The notes beneath the pieces were generated by a model. The model was given only the letters and a program-made list of their open reading frames with translations. It ran no database searches and was not told the origin of the DNA. The position numbers were made by a program, and so were the translations under genes. Source: Macrostomum lignano (taxonomy: Eukaryota). Taken from it: a stretch of 64,000 nt of DNA. Each line of letters starts with the position of its first letter. Positions within the stretch are counted from its first letter, which is position 1. Below are positions 11,480 to 34,678 of this stretch, piece after piece. The DNA is taken from contig NIVC01000854.1 of the NCBI GenBank assembly GCA_002269645.1, positions 124,001-188,000 on the forward strand. Direction: 5' to 3'.

Positions 11480-13000
11480 GGAGCGAGTAGAGCGAGTAGA
11501 GGAGCGAGTAGCGAGTGGAGAGGAGAGAGGAGAGAGCAGAGAGTTGCAGATGAGAGGAGAGCAGAGAGAAGAGCAGAGAGGAGTTAGTAAAGAGGAGAAA
11601 GGAGAGATGAGAGAGTAAATGGAAGAGAGAAGAGATAAGGTTGTACAGATGAGAGAGGTGTAAGGAGAGATGAGAAATGAGAGATGAGAGATAAAGGAGG
11701 AGAGTGGAGAGAGAAGAGACGAGACAAGAGAGGGAGAGAGTATATAAAAGAGGGAAGAGAAGAGAAGAGAAGAAAGGAGAAAGGAAAGTGAGGAGACAAA
11801 AGAGGTGAAAGAAAAGAGTACAGAGGACAGAATGAGAGAACATATAAGACAGTAAAGATGACAGATGAAAGAGGGGGATGAGCTGAGAGCAGAGACGAAA
11901 ATGAACAGACGAGAGATGAGAGAGTAGAGAGAACAGAGGAGAGATAAGAGAGAAGAGATTACAGAGACGAGAGGAGAGACCAAGGGAGAGAGAAGTGAGT
12001 GAGGCGAGAGGAGAGAAAAGAGGAGAATGGAGGGGAGAGAGTAGAGAGGAGAAGAAAGATGGGAGAGGAGAGATAAGAGAGAGGGGGAAGCAGAGAGAGA
12101 GGAGGAAAGCAGAGAGAGAGGGGGGAAGCAGAGAGAGAGGGGGAAGCAGAGAGAGGGGGGGAAGCAGAGAGAGAGGGGGAAGCAGAGAGAGAGGGGGGAA
12201 GCAGAGAGAGAGGGGGGAAGCAGAGAGAGAGGGGGGAGCAGAGAGAGAGGGGGGAAGCAGAGAGAGGGGGGAAGCAGAGAGAGAGGGGGGGAGCAGAGAG
12301 AGAGGGGGGAAGCAGAGAGAGGGGGGAAGCAGAGAGAGAGGGGGGAAGCAGAGAGAGAGGGGGGAAGCAGAGAGAGGGGGGAAGCAGAGAGAAGTGAAAA
12401 GAGATAAAAGAGAAGAGAGAAAAGAGAAAGGAGAGATCAGAGAGCAAATAAAGACGAGAGAGAAGAGAGGTGAAGGAAAAGACGAGAGAAGAGTGGGAGG
12501 AGAGGAAAGAGAAAAGAAGAGAAAAGAGATGTTATAAGAGAGATGAAAAAGAAGAGAAATGAGGGAAGATACGAGAGAAGAGGGGAGAGAGGAAAGAGGA
12601 AAAAGAGAAGAGAGGAGAGGAGAGAGAGCAGAGAGGAGAGACGAGGGACGAGAGAGAAGAGGGGAAACAGAAGAGAAGATAGAAGTTTTAAAGGATCCAA
12701 GGGACGTAGGGAGAGTCAGAGGCAGAGGCCAGAGTTTGCCAATACATGTTTTAGAGCCAGACAGACATTAACTGCCTATTTAAAGTAAAAAGCACCCCAG
12801 CTAACAATATCAATGTTTGCCTCAAATCCTAATTTTACGCGAATCTACTCCATTTTGTTTACTTCTATACTACTAACTATCAACAAGTTTTTGTTTCAGT
12901 ATGGGCTCAGATTTCAGAATACATGCAAAAATAGTTCCGGGGATTGGAATTCCCCGAGTTTAAATTCCGCGGGTTTCAACAGCTTGTACATCGTATAAAC
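11480..13000 (+). repeat. Dispersed repeat: ~1.2-kb purine (GA)-rich tract plus a ~300-bp unique segment
   Basis: 12680-13000 matches the reverse complement of 53430-53750 (e.g. CCGGGGATTGGAATTCC, TTTGCCTCAAATC, CAACAGCTT). Both copies adjoin long GA/CT low-complexity tracts. Contains a GCAGAGAGAGAGGGGGGAA-type minisatellite at ~12090-12385. Confidence 0.8.
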
Positions 13001-13270
13001 GATAGTCTCCAGACATTTCTAAACAATACTAAGCTAGACGTTAAGTATATAGTGACTAAAAATTGAAGAAAAAAATACGAACACACTCTGAAAAAGGGAT
13101 CTGTATAAGGGATATGTTGCGTCCTGTATAAACGACAATTAAGTAGTCCGTGTGTATAGTATGTTGCGGATCGCGGAGGTGAATAATGGCCAAAACACCA
13201 TTATGTTTTACGGTTGGACCATTATTAAACGGTGCAACATACTATAAGAGTGCATTGTATAGAATTCTCA

Positions 13271-13684
13271 CCCAGCACACCGGTCAATTTAACACACTTT
13301 TAAGCGGCCATTAGTTCACACTTTCAAATTCGATTTGATTGGACGACAGATTGGGTGGGTGACCTAATTGGTCACTTGGGCAGAGAGTATGATTAACATT
13401 GGTTATCTGAGTTTACAATCAGATAACATAATTGGATAGTCTATAACTTAGTCATAGAATTTCATTAGTTTAATAACATCATAACAGTATACGCCTGCTC
13501 TTATCAATTGGAAAAATCTGCCGGTGGGTCGCTGAATGGTGTAATAATGGCCGTTTTGACTTGTCATTATGCCTGGTTAAAAGTTCTTTACAATGGTCTT
13601 CTTTATAATGGCGTTAAAAGGACGACCGGGAATAGTTTTGTAATAAAATTGATCGAAGTGTGTTAACTTGACCGGTTTGCTGGG
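13271..13684. mobile_element. MITE with ~29-bp imperfect TIRs (CCCAGCA...)
   Basis: CCCAGCACACCGGTCAATTTAACACACTT versus AAGTGTGTTAACTTGACCGGTTTGCTGGG. Its interior (13315-13395) is homologous, inverted, to 10655-10780. Confidence 0.7.
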
Positions 13685-15989
13685 TAAATAAAAATTCTAA
13701 ATGATGCAACCAACATACTACAAAATCTACCACTGAGAAGACTTTGTGCACAATTAAAATTAGTTATCAACTCCAGCATTAAGGCGTCAGACTCGAAGCG
13801 GGTGAGCATTTACAAGAAAACTAGATCGAAACTAAAGCAACAAACAGTTGCAACGTGTATAATTGTGGAATATATGCGATTGTTTTCAATGATGTGTTTA
13901 TTTTTTCCGGAATTAGTGAGCGCATTTAAAAATATAATATTGTAGAGGAGTTTCATGTTCGTTTTCACACAATCATAGAATCGAATTTGTAATAAATAAT
14001 ATACTGGATACAGGTTAGACCGCATATCAATGTTGGCATATTGTTCAGAAAAGTACACAGATTCGCAAATTATGGTATCTTCACAAAAATTATTAAATGA
14101 AATACATTTTTGCACCTGCACGATGCTCAAGCACCTGATGCTGAAATTATTCTGGTGAATAACACATATTACTATGTACATTTGCCACCCACAACCCCGT
14201 TACTGTATACCCAGCAGCCTCCACCCCACGACGTCAAAAATCCAGTTGAAGTCATTCAGCCCCGGGCTGCCATATGCTGTTGTTACAACGAAAGGAAATC
14301 ATTTCTATCTTACGATTGCAACACAACATGGCAACAACATTATTTCAACGTTTGATCTTTAACTTACTAGTTTAGCTTGTGTAATCCACATTGTATTACT
14401 AAGAGTAGCAATCGAAAAACGTAGTCAGGCCATCACCAATATAATTTGAAAAAGAAATTGCATAAAATTCTGCACTATTTTTTCTATTGTTTGGCAAATT
14501 GATATAAATGGTAAATATTCCCCGTTCGTTGTCTATGGTTGTTGTCTCGAATTTATCAGCCCGCGGGGCAGCGGGAAATAAATGATTTATTCACCTAGGG
14601 AAATAAATGAAAACATGCGTCACATAGACACTCGCCCGGGGCAAAAGGGGGATACATTTCTGCACGGTTTTCACACAAGTTTTACATAAATATTTCCAAA
14701 GAGAAGGATTTACATAAATATAAAATGCAGGGGCGGATTTTAACACCCATAAGAGTGGCTGGGATTTAATCACTCCGTCCATTTAAAGCATTATACTTCA
14801 GAATATTGATCATATTTGGGGCTGCCAGCCCAAAAGAAAAGGGACGTGATCATCATCAGTCACAGAGTCTTCTCTGTGATACATTTTTCGGCTCAATCAA
14901 CTATTGTTGCTACTACAGGCGTAAATGGAGTATTTTTCCATAAAATAATTAAACAGTTAACCTTCCTCAGCCTCTCCCTAAAAAACTGTGCCAACAGCAA
15001 GCCAAAAGCTGCTTTTGAATTTAACTTGATCCATGGGTGCGAAGTGGCTCCTTGTGTTGACAGGTGCCGACATAAGAATATAGATCACGATATAGATTTT
15101 CATGGTGCCTCATAACCGGTTGGGGCACTTGCTTGGGAGCGGGAACAGAAGAAGGCATGGAGCCAACACAGACCAAGAAGTATGTTATAACAAGTATAGG
15201 TATAATTATTATAAGTTATAAGTTATCTGTGGGTGCACGAACGCTTTAATTCTAGCCAATGTGTGCGCATTCAAGATATATCAAGCCTAACACAGAAGTG
15301 AATTATCCTGCACTGCAAGGGCGGGCATACGAGAGCGGTAAACGTTTCCCATTCGACTCAATTCCAAAAGACTCAACCTGTGAGGAGCCAAGCGGGAAAG
15401 GCAAAGCGCGGTGGTTCACCACACTTGGCTTTCTGCTCATGATAAAGATGTAAGGAACACTGACAGGCGGTCAATAGTAATTTTAGGAGAAAAAGAGAAA
15501 TAAATTAAGAGAAAGGAGAATGGCGTAAAAAATAGTGATAAAGGAAGAAGAGAAAATGGGTTTGTCAGAGAGATCCAAGGAGGCAGACAAAGGTCAAGAA
15601 ACATCAAATACCAGAACAGAAAACTTATAGTGTCAGTATAAAAGCTGAAGGGAAGCATCTATTGACACAAAATACCTAATTATTTTCAGTGCAGTGGCAA
15701 TCTGGTGCGTCTTCAAGGACCCAACAGCCACAGACATCGACCTAGCTAGCCGTGGCTGAGCACCTCCAACATGCGGGAACCCGGTGAAGACTGCGGCAGG
15801 CGCAAAGCAGCAGTGCGGCTCAGGAGCTCAGCGTGGAGGAAACCGATGGCGAAGCCGAAAAAGGCAGACAATTTTAATTACAGTTGACTTTCTAATACCG
15901 TTGCTTTGCCAGCCAATATGTTAAATAGTCGAGGTAATTATTATTTAGATCCCAGTCCCGTTTCTACGGCGTAGCGTTTCTATGGCATG

Positions 15990-16174
15990 CAGTAGCGCAA
16001 CCAGAAATTTTTTGAGGGGGTCGGGCGGATTCTAGAGGGTAAAGTCCCGGGAGGGGGGGGGGCGGAGGGGTGGCTCTGTTTTTGGCGAAAATTCGCTTGG
16101 TCCCCCCTTTGATTTTTTTGGGTCTCCGCCTAAGGGGGGGCAACCGCCCCCCCGCCCCCCTGGTTGCGCCACTG
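15990..16174. mobile_element. Short GC-rich MITE with CAGTAGCGCAACCAG/CTGGTTGCGCCACTG ends
   Basis: 15-bp near-perfect TIRs and poly-G/poly-C subterminal runs. No TSD detected. Confidence 0.55.
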
Positions 16175-16399
16175 TATTATTTAGAATGCTCTCGGAATTG
16201 TTTACGCAAAGTGTTACTCGTACTCGTATTTAGCTTTTTTGATAAAATAAAGCCACTGAAAAACTAGATATTGTTTGTTGCATTGAGGCTGATTTTTGAC
16301 AAGAATTTGGTTTCGATTCTTTAATTTGCTTGTAGCAAGAATCAGAAACATTAATCAAAGATTCCAACCTGACTACTGATATAAAGTCTAACAAGACTT

Positions 16400-16755
16400 C
16401 ACCCTCAACCTCATTACGCCCATCACCCCACTTCACCCTCAACCCCATTTCGCCCATCACCCCACTTCACCCTCAACCCCATTACGCCCATCCCCCCACT
16501 TCACCCTCAACCCCATTACGCTCACCCCCCACTTCACCCTCAACCCCATTACGCCCATCCCCCCACTTCACCCTCAACCCCATTTCGCCCATCACCCCAC
16601 TTCACCCTCAACCCCATTACGCTCACCCCCCACTTCACCCTCAACCCCATTACACCCATCACCCCACTTCACCCTCAACCCCATTACGCCCATCACCCCA
16701 CTTCACCCTCAACCCCATTACACCCATCACCCCACTTCACCCTCAACCCCATTTC
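16400..16755. repeat. ~34-bp minisatellite (CCCATCACCCCACTTCACCCTCAACCCCATTACG)
   Basis: About 10 tandem units. The minus strand is G-run rich. Confidence 0.95.
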
Positions 16756-17156
16756 GTCCACGCACCGCCATGAATCCAATTTAACTTACGGCTGCAGGAC
16801 TCCTCGTCCGTTGGCTCTACTGATTGAATTATTTTTTCCCAAATTAGTGAGCGCATTTGAAATTATTACACTAAAAGAGGCATTGAGAAGTTTATTGTTC
16901 TGTTCCAAGCAATCAAGTGTGGAGATCCAGTTGAAGTCATTTAGCAAGATTTCTCGTCGGAGCCGTCAGCGCAGTGTTTTTTACTATCGCAGACGTACTC
17001 TTTTTTAATAAACTGATTGTTTTTGCACACGTGAAATTTTCTGCTATCGCAGGCCTCCTCGGGTTTGCTGGGACCTGTTTACAAATGATAATTTGGTTGT
17101 ACGAATAAGCTACTGTTCCACACGTAAGTAGGCAGTCAGGCATTTTTCAAGCTTAC

Positions 17157-23179
<6,023 letters not shown>

Positions 23180-24103
23180 TGTGCCGTAATCCAAGTGTCG
23201 TACCAGAGTTCAAACTCAGTAATCGGTGTGTGTGTACCGGTTTAGTATGAAACCAGCAATTATTTTATTAAGTAAGAGTTAGTTTTCTAAATTGTAGGTT
23301 TTGAGGGAGAGTTTATTTGCACTGAATTATCTTTTCTAGTTAGCAACAATTGATTGGTTGATTTACGATGCTGTGCACGGGACTCCCGCTGGGACAGTAT
23401 AGAGCTGCTGAGGCTGGGTTGTGCCACAGACTATCCTCTGCGAACTGTACCTGGAGCCGAACTCCGAATTGCCATAGACTATTTGTTTAGCTAAGGGTAG
23501 GAAATTCAAAATGTACTTTTTGGGAATCAATCTTGATTGACTTTTGGTTGAATTTTTGGTTGACAGAGGTTGGGCGACTCAAGCTCAAGATTTATTAAGA
23601 GTATTGATCTAATCAGCATCTTATCCAGTTGGCATTTGCTTACAACAGGCTAGTATACTGCAGTTACAAGTGCTGTGAAAATGATACACTAATAAACCCA
23701 AAACTTTGTGAATAAAATACGAGGTAGGTATTGATAGAACTAGGAAATGAGAATTGCGTCTCTGTGGGAAGAGAGGGGGAAGAGGGAGAGTGATCGAAAC
23801 AGAGAGGTAGAGAGGGGGAGAGAGGGAAAGAGGGAGAGGGGTGGAGACAGAGAAAGAGAGAGGTAGAGGGAGATAGGTGGATACAGAGAGGGAGGTGGAT
23901 ACAGGGAGGGGGTGGATACAGAGAGAGTAGAGGAGAGATGTGGAGGGGAACAGATTGGGAAGGATTTGAAAATACTGATAGTTTCACTCCTTGCACCGGT
24001 AAAGTCTAGTTCCGACTGTGCCAGCAGTTCAAGCAATACATCGCGAATCCATACTGTAAATCTATCATCCGACTCTCAAAAGTACATCGCGAAAATACTG
24101 TTA

Positions 24104-27956
<3,853 letters not shown>

Positions 27957-28139
27957 TGCAGTGCGGGTGCTTAGACCGGTCTCGTAATCTGCGGGATTGA
28001 CTTATTTGCGGTGAATAGTCGGGAAGGAACTCCTTAGCCAGCCATAGACTGTCTTTAAACCGCGTGCATTGACTGAGGCTCTTATCAAGCACATAGAGCC
28101 AGGTTATTAGCTACATATATAATATAGAGCAAAATTGTT

Positions 28140-28720
28140 AGATTGATAGAGACAGATTGATATATTGATAAAGCCAGATTGATAAATTGATAAAGGCAGA
28201 TTGATATATTGATAGAGCCATATTGATAGAGCCAGATTGATATATTGATAGAGCCATATTGATAGAGCCACATTGATAGAGCCATATTGATATATTGATA
28301 AAGGCAGATTGATATATTGATAGAGCCACATTGATAGAGCCAGATTGATATATTGATAAAGGGAGATTGATATATTGATAAAGGCAGATTGATAGATTGA
28401 TAAAGGCAGGTTAATAGATTGATAAAGGCAGATTGATAGATTGATAGAGCCACATTGATAGAGCCAGATTGATATATTGATAAAGGGAGATTGATATATT
28501 GATAAAGGCAGATTGATAGATTGATAAAGGCAGGTTAATAGATTGATAAAGGCAGATTGATATATTGATCGAGCCACATTGATAGAGCCATATTGATATA
28601 TTGATAAAGGCAGATTGATAGATTGATAAAGGCAGGTTGATAGATTGATAGAGGCATATTGACAGAGTCGGATTGATATATTGATAAAGGCAGATTGATA
28701 TATTGATAAAGGCAGGTTAC
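28140..28720. repeat. 20-22-bp minisatellite (GATTGATATATTGATAAAGGCA)
   Basis: Tandem array upstream of the tetraspanin ATG. Confidence 0.93.
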
Positions 28721-28919
28721 TGCTCCAATAAAATTTTGCACATTTCCGTATTTGCGGTTCTGCTATCAGTCAAGCATGATGATAAAGTTTTTCAAGCCGC
28801 GCAATGTGTTTTATTAAGAATAAAAAGCTGACCATAAGAAAAATTTGATTAACGAGCAGTTTGGAAACGAAAAGAAAAAATCGAATTCGTCAATTCGAGT
28901 TAACTGAATCGAATTAAAA

Positions 28920-29290
28920 TCGAAGTTGAGAATAGAGACAGAAGTTGAGAATAGAGACAGAAGTTGAGAATAGAGGAAGAGGTGAGAATAGAGACAGAGG
29001 TGAGAATAGAGACAGAGGGGAGAATAGACCCAAAGATGAGAATAGAGACAGGGGTGAGAATAGATACAGAAGTTGAGAATAAAACCAAAGATGAGAATAG
29101 AGACAGGGGTGAGAATAGAGACAGAAGGTGAGAGTAGAGACAGAAGGTGAGAGTAGAGACAGAAGTTGAGAATAGACCCAAAGGTGAGAATAGAGACAGG
29201 GGTGAGAATAGAGACAGAAGGTGAGAGTAGAGACAGAAGGTGAGAGTAGAGACAGAAGGTGAGAGTAGAGACAGAAGTTGAGAGTAGAGA
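28920..29290. repeat. 19-bp minisatellite (GAAGTTGAGAATAGAGACA)
   Basis: Begins ~50 nt downstream of the bestrophin A stop. Confidence 0.92.
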
Positions 29291-29336
29291 CAGGCAGATA
29301 GAATCGAGACCAGAGACAGCAGAGTGAGCAGACGCA

Positions 29337-32300
29337 TCAGAGTTTGGTGGTGCTGATCGCTTTCGTTTTGGACGAAGATTTTGCCGCCACTTTCGACGAC
29401 GCTTTTCCGTTCGCTTTGGCGGCGACCGGCGGATCGGCTGAGGTGACGGCCATGTGCGGCAGGCTGCCAGACCGGGTCAGCTGGCCCGGATTTCTCTCGA
29501 CTCTTGGCGGCTCCAAGCTGCCAGTTGTTGAAGTCCCCAACGAAGCCGTCGACTCCAACGATGCCGTAGAGGAGTGATGATGCTGCTTCTGCAGGTGACG
29601 CTGCTGTAGAGTTGTCGACAAACCTAACGAAGTCGGCCGTTCGCCAGTGGAATGCTTGCCCGCCCCGCGTCTCAGCAGGGCGCCGCCGGCGGACTCAGCA
29701 GCATGCAGCCAATCAGCGCCGCGGCCTTGAAGCCGCTTGAACAGCGCCTTCCGCAGCTGCCGCTCCGTCTGCTCGGCGCTGCCGAACTTGTCGTGCGCGT
29801 GGACGCCGGTGAAATCGAATGAGCGCAGAAACTCGGCAACCTGTAAAGTTTGTTTAGAGATTGAAGTCACTTTCTTGACTGTGGTCGAACCAAATTTTGG
29901 TTGATCTAGTGTTGCATTTGGTTACCTAAGTGTCAGGAGCTCTAAATTAAGTGTCAGACCTTTTTAGTGTCAGACTGCACTAAATAAGTGTCAGACTGTA
30001 CTAAATTAAATGTCAGATTATACTAAATTAGGTGTCAGATTATACTAAATTAGGTGTCAGATTATACTAAATTAGGTGTCAGATTGTACTAAATTAGGTG
30101 TCAGATTATACTAAATTAAGTGTCAGATTATACTAAATTAGGTGTCAGATTATACTAAATTAGGTGTCAGATTGTACTAAATTAAATGTCAGATTATACT
30201 AAATCAAGTGTCAGATTATACTAAATCAAGTGTCAGATTATACTAATTAGGTGTCAGACTATACTAAATCAAGTGTCAGATTATACTAAATTAGGTGTCA
30301 GATTATACTAAATTAGGTGTCAGATTATACTAAATTAGGTGTTAGATTATACTAAATTAGGTGTCAGACTATACTAAATCAAGTGTCAGATTATACTAAT
30401 TAGGTGTCAGACTATACTAAATCAAGTGTCAGATTATACTAATTAGGTGTCAGATTATACTAAATTAGGTGTCAGATTATACTAAATCAAGTGTCAGATT
30501 ATACTAATTAGGTGTCAGATTATACTAATTAGTTGTCAGACTATACTAAATTAGGTGTCAGATTGTACTAAATTAGATGTCAGATTATACTAAATTAGGT
30601 GTCAGATTATACTAAATTAGGTGTCAGACTATACTAAATTAGGTGTCAGATTGTACTAAATAATGTGTCAGATTATACTAAATTAGGTGTTAGATTGTAC
30701 TAAATTAGGTGTCAGATTGTACTAAATTAGGTGTCAGACTATACTAAATTAGGTGTCAGATTGTACTAAATTAAATGTCAGATTATACTAAATCAAGTGT
30801 CAGATTATACTAATTAGGTGTCAGACTATACTAAATCAAGTGTCAGATTATACTAAATTAGGTGTCAGATTATACTAAATTAGGTGTCAGATTATACTAA
30901 ATTAGGTGTCAGATTATACTAAATTAGGTGTCAGATTGTACTAAATTAGGTGTCAGATTATACTAAATTAGGTGTCAGATTATACTAAATTAGGTGTCAG
31001 ATTATACTAAATTAGGTGTCAGACTATACTAAATAATGTGTCAGATTATACTAAATTAGGTGTCAGATTATACTAAATTAGGTGTCAGATTATACTAAAT
31101 TAGGTGTCAGATTATACTAAATTAGGTGTCAGATTGTACTAAATTAGGTGTCAGATTGTACTAAATTAGGTGTCAGATTATACTAAATTAGGTGTCAGAT
31201 TATACTAAATTAGGTGTCAGATTATACTAAATTAGGTGTCAGATTATACTAAATTAGGTGTCAGATTATACTAAATTAGGTGTCAGATTATACTAAATTA
31301 GGTGTCAGATTGTACTAAATTAGGTGTCAGATTATACTAAATTAGGTGTCAGATTATACTAAATTAGGTGTCAGATTATACTAAATAATGTGTCAGATTA
31401 TACTAAATTAGGTGTCAGATTATACTAAATTAGGTGTCAGATTATACTAAATTAGGTGTCAGATTATACTAAATTAGGTGTCAGATTATACTAAATTAGG
31501 TGTCAGATTATACTAAATTAGGTGTCAGATTGTACTAAATTAGGTGTCAGATTATACTAAATTAAGTGTCAGATTATACTAAATTAGGTGTCAGATTATA
31601 CTAAATTAGGTGTCAGATTGTACTAAATTAAATGTCAGATTATACTAAATCAAGTGTCAGATTATACTAAATCAAGTGTCAGATTATACTAATTAGGTGT
31701 CAGACTATACTAAATCAAGTGTCAGATTATACTAATTAGGTGTCAGACTATACTAAATCAAGTGTCAGATTATACTAATTAGGTGTCAGACTATACTAAA
31801 TTAAGTGTCAGATTATACTAATTAGGTGTCAGAATGTACTAAATTAAGTATGAGACTGCAATAAATTAAGTGTCAGACTGTACTAAATTAAGTGTCAGAT
31901 TATACTAAACTAAGTGTCAGACTGTACTAAAGTAAGTGTCAGACTGTGCTAATTAAATGTCAGACTGTACTATATTAAGTGTCAGACTTTACTAATTTAA
32001 GTGTCAGATTATAGTTGTGAGTCAAAAGCTCAAATGTGTCAAAAGGCATAAATTTGCTTTCAGGAGTTTCTAATATCTGTTTTTCTGAAGCTCTCTGTTC
32101 GTCACAAATGCTTTTCCTCTGCTGCAAGTAGTGCTGTGCTATTCGGGATTGTGTTTTTCAAATGCTCCGACTTCTCTTATTACAGCATGAAAATGCTTTT
32201 CCCCTACTACGAGTAGTGCAATACAGACCTGCGCTTCCTCGGCCTCGCCGCTGTCCGTCAATCCACCGGGGAAGATGCTGTCCTCGGCTCCGCCGATTTT

Positions 32301-34678
32301 CACTGATGCCTTCAGATTGGAGTTGAGAATGTCGGACATGGGGATGTCGGCCTTGTCCTTGCCCATCGGGTTCAGGAGGCACATCCCAATTTTGAACCAG
32401 CCTGGGAAAGCAGTTTTTGCTCCTGAGATTACTGACAGAAAATCTTACAACTATTACAGGTTCTTTACGAATTACGGATTTTTAACGTTTCTCTATCCTC
32501 GATGCTCTCCAAACAACATTTCTCCTGAATCTCAACTTTCAAAATCCGAGCCTTCTTAGAATCCCAGTATTCCCAAAATCCCAATATTCCCAAAATCCTA
32601 ATATTCCCAAATCCCAACTTTCCCAAAATCCCAATATTCTCAAATCTCAAATCTATACCTGTCCAAATCCCAACCTACTCAAATCCCTTATAAACTCCAA
32701 ATTACCGAAACTTGAACCTTTTGCTCACCCAGGTAGAAGATGAACTCCAGACTGCCAATAACTGGCAGGTAGGAAAGCAGATTGAGGCCCAAGGTCCTTG
32801 TCACAGTGCCATTCCTGGACGGGAAGTTTTCCAGCAGCAGGATGTCCGAGTCAACCAGTTGGGTGGAGATCAGGGTGGAGGCTAGGAACAGGTAGACTGC
32901 AGTCACGGCCACCTGGGTGTACACCAGCGGGATGTTGAACTCGGTGTACATCCACACCGTGCCGAGGTTGCCGCGAAAATTATTGATGATGTTCACTAGG
33001 AAGAGGTACTGCCGCTCGTCAGCGATGCAGCCTGGAGTTTTGGGAATTGAATCAATTTCAGCCTTGACCCGATATGACCTTGACCCGATGACTATATGAC
33101 CTGTTGTGCCGTTAAACCCGTGTGACCTTAACCTGACATGACTATAACCCGATGTGACCTTGACCTGATGGGACTGTAACCCGATGTGACCTTGACCTGA
33201 TGGGACTATAACCCGATGTGACCTTGACCTGATGGGACTATAATCCGATGTGACCTTGACCTGATAGGACTATAATCCGATGTGACCTTGACCTGATGGG
33301 ACTATAACCCGATGTGACCTTGACCTGATGGGACTATAATCCGATGTGACCTTGACCTGATGGGACTATAATCCGATGTGACCTTGACCTGATGGGACTA
33401 TAACTCAATGTGACCTTGACCCGACGTGAATACGTGAATACGACGTGACCTTGGCCTAATGCGACCTTAATCAGACTTGGGCTCGACCCGATTCGAAGCA
33501 GACCTAAAAAAACCTATTTAGCTACAACTAAAAAGCCTAAGACTCAAACATTTGTTTGACCAAATTTCGATCCGAATTCAAATTAAACTTCTAAATTAAA
33601 ATTCTCACCCAAATTTTTGGCCCTACGAATAAGCCGGGTCGCCCACATGAGCGGCAGCCAATACTCGGGATCGTAGCTGTGGTCATTGTCGTTGGACAGC
33701 TCCGCAGACTTGGCAAACGCCTGCATCTCCTTATCGGTGACCAGCTGGCCAAAGTACTTCTGCACTTTACTGTCCGAGTTGATCAGCTGGAGCCGGCGCT
33801 GCCAGGTGAGCTGAAACTTTCTCCATTTCGGTTGCCAGTAGCCGAACCGCTCTTTGATGTGCAGCGACACGCCGGCCATCATGAGGATCCAGGCCAGGTT
33901 CAGGTATCTCAGCACGGTGATTCGAAGTTTCCTGGCCAAATCGCTGCGACTCGTCTTCGGACTGTCGACCAGAGCTTGGCAGTAGAAAGAGGAGGAGTGA
34001 AGCCACGGAATCGAAGTGCAGACGCTCCACCAGCTGCGATCAAATATTCGATATTCGGTTGAGGCTTAGAATTCTAGTTTGACTCGACACCGTTCCATCA
34101 CCTGACCCATATCGTCACCTGACCCGTTTCATCCCCTGACCAGTTTCACCACCTGACCCATTTAGTTACTGACCCATTTCGTCGCCTGACCCATTTCGTC
34201 ACCTGACCCATTTAGTTACTGACCCATTTCGTTACCTGTTCCATTTCATTAGGTGACCCATTTCGTCACCTGAACCATTTCGTCACCTGAACCATTTCGT
34301 CACCTGAACCATTTCGTCACCTGACCCATTTCATCACCTGACCCATTTGATTATCTCGTTCTATCAATTTTATCTCGTGACCAATATTGACACTGACCGA
34401 CCGAACACGGCGGACACAAAGAAGCCCAACATGAAGGACAGTGGCACAGAGGTGCGAATCGCTTTCAACCAGGCCACGGTAACCTCGAATGTGGCCTTGA
34501 GTTCGGCGTGAGTGTACAGCAGGTTGAAGTAGAGCACAGCCAGGCCCACGTACATTAGCGTGAAGATGAGGTAGTCAATCCAAAGCAACTGCCACACGCT
34601 ACCAGCCCAGCGGAACAGGAGGCGAACAAAGAACAGCCGGTCATCGGTGTAGATCTGGGATGCGTAGCTAACAGCCAT
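29337..34678 (-). CDS. Bestrophin family anion channel, paralogue A (~561 aa)
   Basis: Exons 34678-34398, 34033-33609, 33031-32729, 32401-32229, 29840-29337; GT-AG, phases 2/1/1/0, in frame. Motifs FVRLLFRWAGS, VPLSFMLGFFVS..R|WW, LRYLNL, IPLVYTQVAVTAVY, EFIFYLGWFKIG..LLNPMG. Confidence 0.93.
29940..32010. repeat. 22-bp minisatellite (GGTGTCAGATTATACTAAATTA), ~2 kb, in bestrophin A intron 4
   Basis: About 90 tandem units. Confidence 0.98.
33060..33460. repeat. 32-bp minisatellite (GATGTGACCTTGACCTGATGGGACTATAACCC) in bestrophin A intron 2
   Basis: About 9 clean units with degenerate flanks. Confidence 0.93.
34095..34350. repeat. 17-bp minisatellite (CCCATTTCGTCACCTGA) in bestrophin A intron 1
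   Basis: Tandem, moderately diverged units. Confidence 0.9.

Noticed and set aside
11427-12788. Leu/Ser- or Glu/Arg-rich ORFs, and likewise those at 53635-55026
   Set aside because: Artefacts of the GA/CT low-complexity tracts.
15690-15880. GC-rich patch that could be the missing last exon of the CUB/LDLa gene
   Set aside because: No minus-strand acceptor gives a phase-1, Cys-completing open frame; left unassigned.
13900-17030. Short shared words between ~13910/14240 and ~16840/16925 (ATTAGTGAGCGCATTT; ATCCAGTTGAAGTCATT)
   Set aside because: Matches are only 16-17 bp with inconsistent spacing and no recognisable protein; possibly an old repeat, but not supportable.
28900-29337. Signal-peptide-like ORF MRLLTLLSLVSILSAC overlapping the bestrophin A stop (TGATG)
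   Set aside because: After ~16 codons it is just the 19-bp satellite; no splice or homology support.
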